A stretch of DNA of 64,000 nt, taken from Trypanosoma brucei. Its lineage: Eukaryota. Positions 21,804 through 32,700 of this stretch are shown here, one piece after another. Below the pieces are notes generated by a model that did no database searches, was not told where the DNA came from, and saw only the letters and a program-made list of their open reading frames with translations. The stretch spans positions 4,928,001-4,992,000 of the forward strand of contig CH464491.1 in assembly GCA_000002445.1 (NCBI GenBank). Reading direction: 5' to 3'. Every line of letters starts with the position of its first letter. Positions within the stretch are counted from its first letter, which is position 1. The translations under genes and the position numbers were made by a program.

Positions 21804-23280
21804 ATGCCAACACTTCATCGCCAACTTCTGTGGTTTGTAGGACTGTTTACAAGTCTCGCTGAGCCGGCGGGAGAAAACGTCAGACAATTCTACGCCTTGT
21901 GTACAGCATAGCAAGCTGCACGAGCACCCCTGGATTAACCACAAACAGCAGACGACAACAAAGTGGAAGCAGTTCCGGAAACCATCAAAGCACTCTACGC
22001 GACAGCTACACCAGACCAGTACTTCAACAATGAAACGTATGGCCTGTTCACAGCAAAAGCGGAATTCGACGCGATCAAAAACACTCTCAAAAACACAAAA
22101 ACAACAGACGAACAATTAGTTTATAAAAGAATCCCAGAAAAGCCAACAAAAAAACCGGCAGAAACTGCTCTAGAAAGGCTGTACAACAAAACAGACCAAC
22201 TAGTAACTGCTGCAAACGCCAAAATCAAAAATATAAAACAAAAGCACACAGAAGCGAGACAACAACTCGAACAGACGCTAGGCGGCAAAACAGACGCCAG
22301 CACCGTCTCTTCTGACGACTTTACAGGACGTCCAAACGGTTGCACGCCAACAGCCGCTAACAGTGCCAAGCAAACTTTACCGCAGGCGCTGGTATGCCTT
22401 TGCTCGGCCAGCAGCAACGGAGGCGGCATATGCGGCGACGGCATCGGCGACACAACATACGGCACCAACAGTGCGAGTACAGCAGCAGCAGCGCTATACA
22501 AGAAACTCGCGACAAAGTGCCCACAACCCAGGACGCTACGAGCGACGCAAAGGAGCCTCACGGCAGCCCTAACCGCAGTCACAGCAGCCATTGACAACCC
22601 AGCCTTCACAGGGCATACAAACACGGGGACATACGTCATCGGCAATGGGAATGGCGGCGACTGCGCAGGAGGCGACTCGAACAGCGCATGCGTCGATTAT
22701 ACCGAAATCATGAAAGGCGGCGACATAGCGAATGTAGCTTGGGCAGCAAACTTACAAGCGGCGAGCACAAAGTTAGACGAAGCTAAAAACCTTCAAGCAG
22801 AGCTGTACAACCTGCGAACGGCCATCAAGCAAAATGAGAACCTAGCGTGGAAGATCCGCGACACAGCAGATATTGTGGCCGCGGTGCCCCGGAAGACCAC
22901 ACCAACTCAGCAACGGAAAATAACAGAAATCGACTGCGAGAAAAACAAAGAGAAAAAAAACCTGCACAGAAAACAATAACTGCAAATGGGATAGCAGGAC
23001 AGAGAAAACAGGAAACCACTGCAAACCTGCAGATGGAGAAGCGCAGACAAAAACAGCAGGGGGAGAAGCAGAAAAAGATAAGTGCTCTGCCGCACAAAAT
23101 GCTGAGGACTGTGCAAAAGTGAAGGGCGATATTCCAACAGGCAAAAAGGCTGTATGTGGGTGGATAGATTATGTCGAAGGCACTGGTCCAGTAACTCCTG
23201 GTTGCCGCTCTTCCAGCTTCCTCCTAAGCAAACAATTCGCCCTCAGAGTGGATTCTTCTTTTGTGGCCTTGCTTTTTTAA
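21804..23280 (+). pseudogene. VSG: VSG (A-type). Signal peptide MPTLHRQLLWFVGLFTSLA. Two in-frame stops (TAG, TAA) near the N-terminus and one frameshift at an A8 run near 22955. The GPI signal is intact
   Basis: ALVCLCSASSNGGGICGDG, CVDYTEI; the C-terminal domain is CKWDSRTEKTGNHCKPADGE...CRSSSFLLSKQFALRVDSSFVALLF*. The 3'UTR contains the exact 16-mer TGATATATTTTAACAC at 23318-23333. Confidence 0.8.
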
Positions 23281-23317
23281 AACAAATTTTCCCCCTCAAT
23301 TTTTTCTTGCTGAAATT

Positions 23318-23333
23318 TGATATATTTTAACAC
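23318..23333 (+). promoter_or_regulatory. Conserved VSG 3'UTR 16-mer (mRNA stability element), exact TGATATATTTTAACAC
   Basis: Exact match located 38 bp after the VSG stop at 23280. Variants occur after other VSGs: taatatattttaacac at 43547-43562, aatttgatatatttaacac near 46900, and the reverse-complement form near 4370-4400. Confidence 0.7.
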
Positions 23334-23829
23334 CCTAAATTTCCACAGGAAATTATTGTATTATTTTGACTTCCTGCACCTGTGAATTTTTTTGTTGATT
23401 TCTAAAAAAAATCTTCCACTTTTCTGTTGAATGTTTTGCATTTTTTTTAATTTTCAATTTTTTTGATTTTTTAATTTTTTAAATCCCCGAGGACACATTT
23501 AAAAAACAGAAAGGCGGGTTATTCGGGTTAGGAATTTTAATTTTTTTATTTTAAGTGACGAAGTGGCCTTTTTTTGATGCGAACCCTAACCCTTATTCAG
23601 AAAGCATATTGATCGCCTTTTCGTGACTCTCTTAAACTAACATTTCCAGCATCTGAAATTTTCAACTCTGTATTTTGCGTTGTTTCAGATTTTTTAATTT
23701 AATTTTTTTTACCGTTTTGTATTTCGTTGCTTCTACAACGGTTTTTTTTGCAATGCCACTAAGCCTCCTCAGTCCGGTCGGCGCCTCAGCTTTTTGTGTG
23801 TGTTCGGCGCCACAAAATGCAGCCCCGGT

Positions 23830-24190
23830 CTTAATAGCAGCCGAAACAGAGGAAACTTGCTCAACGAAAGGAACAGGAGATAACTGCAAACCCCCTGCAA
23901 AGACGTTAAAGAAGAAGGTGGCAAAAAAGTTCAAATTGAATACAGAAGCAACAAAACAAACAAAAAAACAAACGGGAACAGGAAGGACAAGTGCCTGAGT
24001 AGATTGCAGTAAACTTGAAACGCAAGAGAAATGGGAGAGGGCCAATGAAAGCCAAACCACCAAAGTTCGCGAATGGAAGGGAGAAACTAGTTACTTATCT
24101 GACAAATAAGGTTATAAATGCAGCTCTTCCAGTATTTTTATCAATAAGAAATTTTCTCTTATGGATGCTACTTATGTGATCTGGTAGTAT
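23830..24190 (+). pseudogene. VSG: VSG C-terminal-domain fragment (orphan 3' piece)
   Basis: AETEETCSTKGTGDNCKPPAKT... followed in another frame by CSSSSIFINKKFSLMDATYVIW*. Confidence 0.5.
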
Positions 24191-24380
24191 TTAAAGGATA
24201 TTTGCTCAACTTTATAAAATTTTCTACTTGGAGAGAATTTGTTATTTTACAACAGTTTGGTGTAAAAGTGGCCGATGTATATAAATTAGTAGGGTGATAG
24301 AGCGTGTAAAATGAGTTATTCTCTGGTACTTTCTATCTCATAATATTTTTTGATTTTACACATTACTTAGGGTTATAATA

Positions 24381-24436
24381 CAGTAATAATAATAATAATA
24401 GGAGAGTGTTGTGAGTGTATATATAATAATAATATG
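24381..24436 (+). repeat. 70-bp repeat unit
   Basis: cagtaataataataataataggagagtgttgtgagtgtatatataataataat. Confidence 0.8.
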
Positions 24437-25390
24437 GGTGTGATGTGGGCACGTACTTACTTATTTTATAGTGAGGAAAGTGCTGGCAAAGCAAAGTGGA
24501 GATCATAAATAATAGCAACAAAATGAATGACATGACTGCAGTGAGGGGAAGTGAGAGAGAGATAGTGTAGGATAAAACGAGTGATATTATTCAAGGATAC
24601 AGAAAAGGAGAGAAAACGGATTATTGACATCATAACACACAAGTGGTGACGATTGATGTAAAAATGAAGAAGAAACACAGTGCGGTGTACACACAAAATT
24701 GAGACACAGCAACTAACGCAAAGAAGCTCTACAAAACACCGAAAACCACTATTGTAAATATTCTTCTAAGAATTCTCATTAAAGTAAATTACTTTTACTT
24801 AAAGTACAATAATGAGCATACAGTAATATAACAAAAGACAATTAAACCGGAAAAGGAAGCTTAATTAGTGTAAACGCTAGTTTTTCTCCAGAATTAACTT
24901 TTTCTACGAGAATGAAGACAAAACGAAGTAACTTATAGTTGCATGGATCCCTGCACAAAGTGTTAAAAACAGAATCAACTGAGAATGAATGTATTCTCAT
25001 AATGTGACTGTGCAAGTATAGAAGGATAAATGGCATGGGTTATGACCAGGTGATTTTGGAAATTATATAAAATTAAGACGTCTGGAAGAAGAGAGGTTAC
25101 CGCGAATTTTTCCATAAATTGAAAATCTTTAAAAACCACAACGCAGAAAAGCGACAAAGATGAACATATTACTAACTAAAAATGTGTATGAAGCATAAAT
25201 GGAAATAAAAAGAATCAAATGTCACCTTTTAAGACAAGCAAAAAACCTGAAACACTAACTAAAAAATCATTCGTTTATGTTTTAACTCTAAGCAAAGCCG
25301 TAGACCAAGACATCAGCCAAAAATATAGACGCTCACTTTTGTGGGCAACGTAAGCAAAAGGCCACATCAAAGCCACCCAGAAGGCAAACG

Positions 25391-26970
25391 ATGGCTGTCT
25401 TCATTTCCTTCTTCGCCACAGTAGCCTTTGTGCTCGTAACTTATGAAACCCATGTGCAAGCAGCGAACAAGAAGCCGCTTGTCAAAGCGGCGTGGAACGC
25501 CGTTTGCGATGTAGCGGCAGAATTATACGACGTAAGTGAAGCAACCAAGGAGGCAACAGCGTCCAAAAGGAGAGTTGTAGACAAGATGCAACAGCAACTC
25601 TTGCGGACACGAATTCTAATTCAAACATTAATAAGCGACCAGGACGTCAAGCGATTCACCACAGTGGCGAAATATCTAGAGACGAAACTAGCAGCGGCGC
25701 TGAAAAATTTACTCGGCTCTGACGCAACAACAGCGGAAGATATACTTACGAAGACGGCCTTTGCCAACGGCCACATAAGGGAGTTCTTGGTTATTGCTTC
25801 TGGAGCAACTCAGAGCGGCAGCGCAGGCTGCATCAGTAACCATGCAAGCGACGGTGGCAGCGAACTCAAAACCCTATCACAACTCATCAGAGAACATGGA
25901 CCATGCAAAGCACTGGAAAACGAGAAGCCAACCGGATACGACAGGACGCAAGCGGTGACAGCAACAGGTTTCAAGCAGTTTACTTCTGGTGGAAGCGCCG
26001 TGTCAGGCAGTGAAAAAGGCTGCCGACTGCTCACAACAGAGAACAGTGAGGGGTACATCGAAGGGACGCTGGACACGCCTGAAGTCGCCATGGCCGGCGG
26101 CCTGCTGACCGCCAGCAGCGCCGGAGGCAAATTCACTGCCCTTGACAACATAGACGCCACCAGCAAGGACGACAAAAACAAAATAATAAAACAAGTATGG
26201 GAATCCCTCAAAAAAAAGCCAACAAAAGTGGCCGAATATACAGACGACGACATCAGCACACTAAAGAGTGAATCGACCTTCCAAGATGCTTTCAGATCCA
26301 TTTTTGGCGCAAGCAAAGACACAGAAGCCGACAGGATCGCAGAGACAATAGAAAAGCAATATCCCAAAAAAGGAAATGACTTTAACAAGCAAATCTGGCA
26401 AAGGATAGCGGACACATCCTTAAAATCAGAGATATCTGGACAAGAAAAGGGAACAAAGATAGGGACAATAGACGATATAGGGACCTTGACGGTCATTTTA
26501 AGAAATTTCACAGGCGAAAGACTAAAAAAAGAACGCGAGAGAGAACAGCAGAAGTCAGAAACCAAATGCAACGCAGAAGCCACTCAACAAGCTATATCAG
26601 CAGACTGCACAAAACTGGAGAAAGCGGAGTGCAAGCCCGACCTGGGATGCAAATATAATTAAACAGCGACTAAATGCGAAAACGATCCAAAAAGCTTGGT
26701 GGTGCAAGCAAACCAAGAAACAGGCAAGACAGATGGGGGTGTAAAATGCTCTGATCATAAAGACCAGTCGACCTGTGAGCAGGCCAATGAAGGAAAGGAC
26801 AAACCTGTTTGTGGACTTAGAAATGGAAGAGAGGACGAAGATTACGAGGATACGGAGAAATGCCGAAATGGAAGTTTTCTTGTAAATAAGAAATTGGATC
26901 CGAGTATGGCTGCGAATAGGAGAATTAAGCCTTCAAGGATTCCAGTTTCCTCGTCAATAAAAATTTCTCT
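25391..26970 (+). pseudogene. VSG: VSG with a good signal peptide. One in-frame TAA at 26660-26662; otherwise open through the C-terminal domain. GPI-signal coding is interrupted by the DIRE insertion
   Basis: MAVFISFFATVAFVLVTYETHVQA...; ORFs 25391..26662 and 26696..27109 are in the same frame. The C-terminus reads ...EKCRNGSFLVNKKLDPSMAAN... followed by a second C-terminal motif (CKDSSFLVNKNFS in an alternative frame) immediately before the ingi-like 5' end. Confidence 0.8.
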
Positions 26971-29900
26971 GGTGGCGCCGACCACCGCATCAATGTGGTG
27001 CCAGGGTTTATTTCTCCGTCCAGGAGGAAGCCAAGCGCTCGCATTAAACCCAATCCAACAGGATTGGGGCAAGAAACAGGCTTTCAGCGAACAGAGAAGA
27101 AGCAAGTAGCAGCATCGGCACCCTAGGGTGAAGAAATATATTAGACTGCTTCTTGCGTTTGAAAGTGTACCTCGATTGGGATACATAGGCTTCTACTACT
27201 TCTTAGCGAAGATGTAGAACAGAATCCCGGCCCCGTTATTCGTGGAGCCAAATGGAATGCTGTGGCGTTACCTCATGTAAAACGACTTGACTTGGAGAGG
27301 CGGCTTCAAGAGGACCACGTTGTATTCTGTTTATTGCGGGAGATTTACTCGGCTTCAGCGGGATCACCGCGCTTAAAATAAGAGAATACCAGCATGTAGC
27401 GTTGGAGAGAATTATGCACGGGGCTGGGGTGTAAATCCTAGTGCGAGATGAAATGGAGTGGGGAAAGGGGACATATGAAAAAAGGAGTGCTAGAAAGAGT
27501 GACAGCAACGCTGAGATTTTTGGCTGATCTGAATTTGGCAGTCACTTCAGCTTATTTTCTTAAAAAATCGGTAGTTTTTAACACAGCGTTGGAACAATTA
27601 GCGATAGAAAGATGGCTTCTATTAGAAGAGGCTGATGCCAACTCGCATCATGTGTTGTGGGACCCACTGTGGCCTCAAAACCTTCCCCAACTTTATACAT
27701 GTGGAATAAAGCGCGTTGGAGTGACTTCCGAGCGGTCGGTAATAAGTTCATTTTCAACAAGACTTAAAAGAATAATAGAAAGTGCGTATGCGCTAAATGA
27801 AGCCATCGCGAGAGGCAAAAGACAAGCAGCCAAGAAAAACATGCCAAAAGGTAAGGGTGTACCACAGCATTTCTGGACAAAGGAATTGAGAAAATCATAT
27901 AAGCAGATAAAGAAGTGTCGGGATGAAAAAAGGAGAGTTGCACTGGTTAGATGAAGAAAAAAAGTGCTTTCGAACATGGCCTTTCAACGATTAAAGAAAA
28001 ACGTCTCAAAATTGATAGTCAAAAATCCTGTCAGTTAGAATATCATAGTGTGTATTTACGCCACGCATAGTTTTACATTGAAAGTAGTGGTAGTAGATGA
28101 ACATCCATTGACTGAGCGCCAACAGGCACAAGCACCGGAAAATATGTACATCAAGCAGTTAAAAAGGCACAAGTGGCACCAGACATGCAATTTCCGAGCA
28201 CTAGGAGGAGGACCTTCGAGCAAGTCGAAGAAGCTGATGCGGAAACCGCAGTAAAAGAGCTCTCCTCTGGAACTGCTCCGGGGGACGACGAAGTTCATTG
28301 CGAAGAACTCAGAAAGCTTGGCATGATTGGTAAAAAGGGTTTGTTGATACTATTTAAATTTAGTCTGAAAAACAGTCAACTTCCAAAAAAATGGAAACCT
28401 TTTATAATTATTCCGCTGCTAAAGCATAATAAACATGAGGCAAGCATGGCGTCATTCAGACCAGTGACCCTCAAAAAATCCGTAACACATGGAGTAACAG
28501 TAGAAAAAAGCAGAGAAAGTATTCATAGATCATGATAGAGCTTTTGACTCTGTGGATCACGGATGTATAACCAAGGCATTACAAGAATTCGTAGTGGAGT
28601 TGCACACCTTGTAGCTTGGATAGCGATGTTCTTACAAGAAGGGACAGCACAAGTAAAAGTAAACAACACGAAGTCAGAGGAAATAAAGCTGACATGCGGC
28701 ATCTTCCAAGGCTCAGTGCTTAGTTAACTACCGTTAATTATAGCAGTAAACTCGATAAGAAAAAGGCTAAAAAGATTAAAGGATTGGTACATGGATTCTT
28801 CGCGGATGATCCTACCATAGTGTGAAACCACCCACTAACATCCTGGAGATCCAGAAAACAGTACAGATAAAACTCGATTGTGCAGCGAAGTTGGTAAAAG
28901 AAAAACCGGAGCACACTTTTCTTGGATCAAGAAACACAAACAGAAGAAGGCTAAATTTAGGTGGAAAAGAGTTAAAGGAAAATAGAACTCCAAAGATACT
29001 GGAATTGTCAATACAACCACACAAAGGACTGAGTAAGCAAACATCCACAAGTTCTACAAACAACAGAAAACATGTGACTAATGAAGCTTAGGGCAGTTGA
29101 CATCGCCCCTGTAGAGAAATAATAAGAACATTCTGTTTGGCTCTTGTTCAGGCGAAGTTTAGCTATAGTATAGTGTCATCGCGGTTTAATGCATCGCCAT
29201 CGGATAGAGAAAAGCTGTAAAAACAAAATGCTAATGCTGCTAACATTGTGGCAGCCAAACCGAAATCAGCAAACCGAACATATTCTCCTTTAGAGGCTTG
29301 TTTAAAGCCACTCAGCAACGAAGTGGCACGTCGCTGAGCAATTGAACACTATCTGAGGTTGAAAGTCATGGGAGCAAAAACGTTGACGTGGTGGATAAAA
29401 TGTTTCCACCAGAACATCCAATTCACATAAAAATGGTCAGGGTAAGTCATATATGCGGCGAAACAGATAAAACAGGAAAACCACAAGATGCGACCCTATT
29501 GCAAATTGCGAAGATAGTGTATTTTAACATCAAACCATCAGGAGTCTAAAAGCTAACGCAAAAGACAAATTTAAGAAAGTACAAACAGTGAAACTGGTAC
29601 AGAGTTTTAAAAACTATGGCTATCAGGCGTGGACAGATGGGTCGNNNNNNNNNNNNNNNNNNNNNNNNNNNNNNNNNNNNNNNNNNNNNNNNNNNNNNNN
29701 NNNNNNNNNNNNNNNNNNNNNNNNNNNNNNNNNNNNNNNNNNNNACCCATTCCTCCTATGGACGGGGTAAGGCATATGTACGAAAAAATAGATACTCCAG
29801 AAAAGCCACATGATGCAACTGTGTTACAAATAGCGAAGAGAGCACATTTTAATATCAAACCACCAGAGGGGCTAAAAGATGACACAGCAGACAAATCTAA

Positions 29901-32312
29901 GAAAGTACAAACAGTGAAGAGAGTACAGAGTTTTAAAAACTATGACTGTTGTATGCGGGCAGATGGGTCGGCGGTATTAGATATTTCTTCAGGGGAGGGA
30001 GTAATAGTGTACCACCTACATGGAAAAATTAAGAGAGTACATATGGGTGCTGGATCGTTGGCCTGCAACTATAGGATGGAAAGTGTAGCAATAGAGGCAG
30101 GTCTCAAACGGCTCGTAAAGATAATCGAGGTAAATGAAAATCACAAAAACAAAAGTATCTATATTCACAGACTCATTGTTGCTCTTAATGACGCTTAAAA
30201 CTGAACATGCGGTAGTAACAGAAGCGATTCTGAAAAGAATGTGAACAGTAATTCTTCATATTGTGAGGCTAAGAGTAGCTGTTAATTTTCAGTTTGTATT
30301 GTCACACTGCGGGGTCCCAAGAAATGAAGCAGTTGACAAAGAAGCAGAGAAAGACGATAAAATGCTAAGGACATATCCAGCATGGATCACGGACATAGTC
30401 ACATGTATAGAAAGGCACATCCATCGAGAAAGGGACAATGAATTCGAAGAGGTCCAAACGTCACAAACAAATCGCAGTGCTCTACTCAACCATAGTAAAC
30501 CTACGTAGAAAAAATTCAAATTGAACAGGATGGGAGAGTTTTTACTAGCGCAATTTAGAATAGGTACATCGAAACAATTCGGATGGCTACATCGCGTACT
30601 CAAAAAAAAACAACAGAGCGGCCTGAGTGTAGATGTTGTCACGGTGATTATGAGGAATAGAAAGCTATTGACAAGGTCAAAGCGATAGTCACACAAAATG
30701 ATAATACGGAACAGCAGTCATCACAGGCAACGGTAAGACAAAATGAGTCCATAATATGCACGTTGTGTCACTTGGTGTGTGCACGTTGTCACGCTGGAGA
30801 AGTGCACCTGATGACGATACACGCTTTGTAAAAGGAAAAGGGCGCTGGTAATGAAAAACATTTAAAAATTGGCGGAGCAGGCATAAAAAGGTAAATACAA
30901 GTGCCATGTTTGTGAAACGGAGTTTTAGAGAAGAGTTTTACTAGTGGAGTACATGGTCACACACACCCCTGAAATGATATCGCAGGTTGAGAATCGACAG
31001 AAAAGAAGCAGAAAAGAAGAGGCAGATTCGGAAAGACAAAAGCTACAGTGTCGATGGTTCCATATGAAATATGTGTTTTATGAATGATTAAAAAGGCATA
31101 TGCTAACAAAAAATCCTGAATAGCAGCAAACAGAAGACGAAAAATGAGAATCGACCTGCAGATCATAGCATGGAGGATACGGATGATAAAAAGGACAAAC
31201 TGGAGTGTCAAAGGCGTAAAAGGGTGCTAAAGAGTAAAGCTTGGCAGAAAAGACACGAATGCGTTCTAATATCAGACAACAACACAGAAGACTTCAAAGG
31301 AACAAAAAGCCATTTAAAGAAGTATTTTCCATAAGTGGAAAGGAATACAATTACAGCTAGCTTATTCGTTACATGCGTGAAAAGGACCTAGGACACGATG
31401 AGTCACCGATGCCAAGGACGCGAGTACAGCATTCAACCGTCGAGAAGAAAACGAAAAGGGAAGTCAGTGAGGAAAGGAAGTGAGTGCAGGGGGCAGGGGA
31501 AACAATTGATGAGGAAAGACCGAGAAAAAGGTCAAGAATAGGAAGGCACACAGAAGTTGATGAAGTAAAATATTTTGTGGGCGCAAGGTGAGATAGTGCA
31601 TAAAAGTCACAATACTCGCTGGTATGGCACACACACAAACACACATTAAGGGTGCCAAAACTGTTCAAAGAAAGACAAAAGATGAATCGGTATTAATAAC
31701 TCCTATAATGTAGAAGCCACACCAATGCCCGTACTACCCAATGAGGTGCACACAGAAGCAGTACCGAACAATGCATAATCAAGCGAGACACGGTCAGCCG
31801 AAGAAGGAAGCCGTGCACAACTTGCTGAAGGTCAAATGTGAGGAGTCACCAACCCATCCACTGGTGTGCCCGATATTACTTCCACTAAAGAAAAAAACAA
31901 GCTATAGAGAGAGCCTGACGGAAAAGGAAATATATAACAGTAAGCAGCTGGTACGATTCCTAATGAATATCTTTAAGATAAATGGCCACAATTAACCCAC
32001 TCTATACTCTTACAAAGGGAAATACACTCAAGAAATAAAGGGGAGAAGATCGCCAGAAAAGCTGAATATCCCATCCCCATCTTCCCAGCCGTTGGTAGTA
32101 CAGACAGTCCCTGATATGGAGGGGGAGAAAACGCCATTTCGAAAATGTTTCCCCAGTAGAGACAAAAAAAGGTACAGTTTCAATGGAAGAAGTGAGAATT
32201 GATCCATGGCTATTTAAACATCTTCCAAAGATATGCAGACTATAGAAAGTAGCAGAGCAGCTAATGAACCACATGTAGATTAATTTCACAATTAAAAAAG
32301 AATAAAAAATTT
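26971..32312 (+). mobile_element. Degenerate ingi-related element (DIRE), about 5.3 kb. RT, RNase H and zinc-finger regions are recognisable but riddled with stops. Contains a 100-N gap (29645-29744) flanked by a diverged ~200-bp tandem duplication
   Basis: The 5' end ggcgccgaccaccgcatcaatgtggtgccagggtttatttctccgtccaggaggaagccaagcgctcgc resembles the ingi 5' terminus. KWKPFIIIPLLKHNKHEASMASFRPVTL resembles the ingi DLDSYRPVTL; FIDHDRAFDSVDH, FQGSVLS; RNase H MESVAIEAGLKRL...FQFVLSHCGVPRNEAVDKEAEK; zinc finger CTLCHLVCARCHAGEVHLMTIHA. The A-rich 3' end is aattaaaaaagaataaaaaatttt. Confidence 0.75.
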
Positions 32313-32590
32313 TATCTACTTTTTGCTGACTCTGTAAGATTACTATTTTTAAAATCAAGAACTTTAAAGTTTTAAAAGATTTTGCTCTTTTATTTATTAA
32401 TTTACTATTCTAAGATATTTAACTTTTTTTGATGAAAATGTGAAAATTTGGTAAAATTTGTATTATATTGGACTATGGGTGTAAAATAGTATGTTTATAG
32501 TGTATGAAAAATGGCTGGTACTCTAATTTAGTTTATATTATTTATTTTATGAATATTAACTATAGTTCGAATAGAAATAGTAACAGCAAG

Positions 32591-32596
32591 GTAATG

Positions 32597-32662
<66 letters not shown>

Positions 32663-32700
32663 GAAGGGTGTTGGGGGTGTGTGTCTACTATTAATATAAT
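32591..32700 (+). repeat. 70-bp repeat (long (TAA)n followed by a diverged GT-rich core)
   Basis: gtaatgataataataat(aat)n tagaagggtgttgggggtgtgtgtctactattaatataataagg. Confidence 0.75.
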
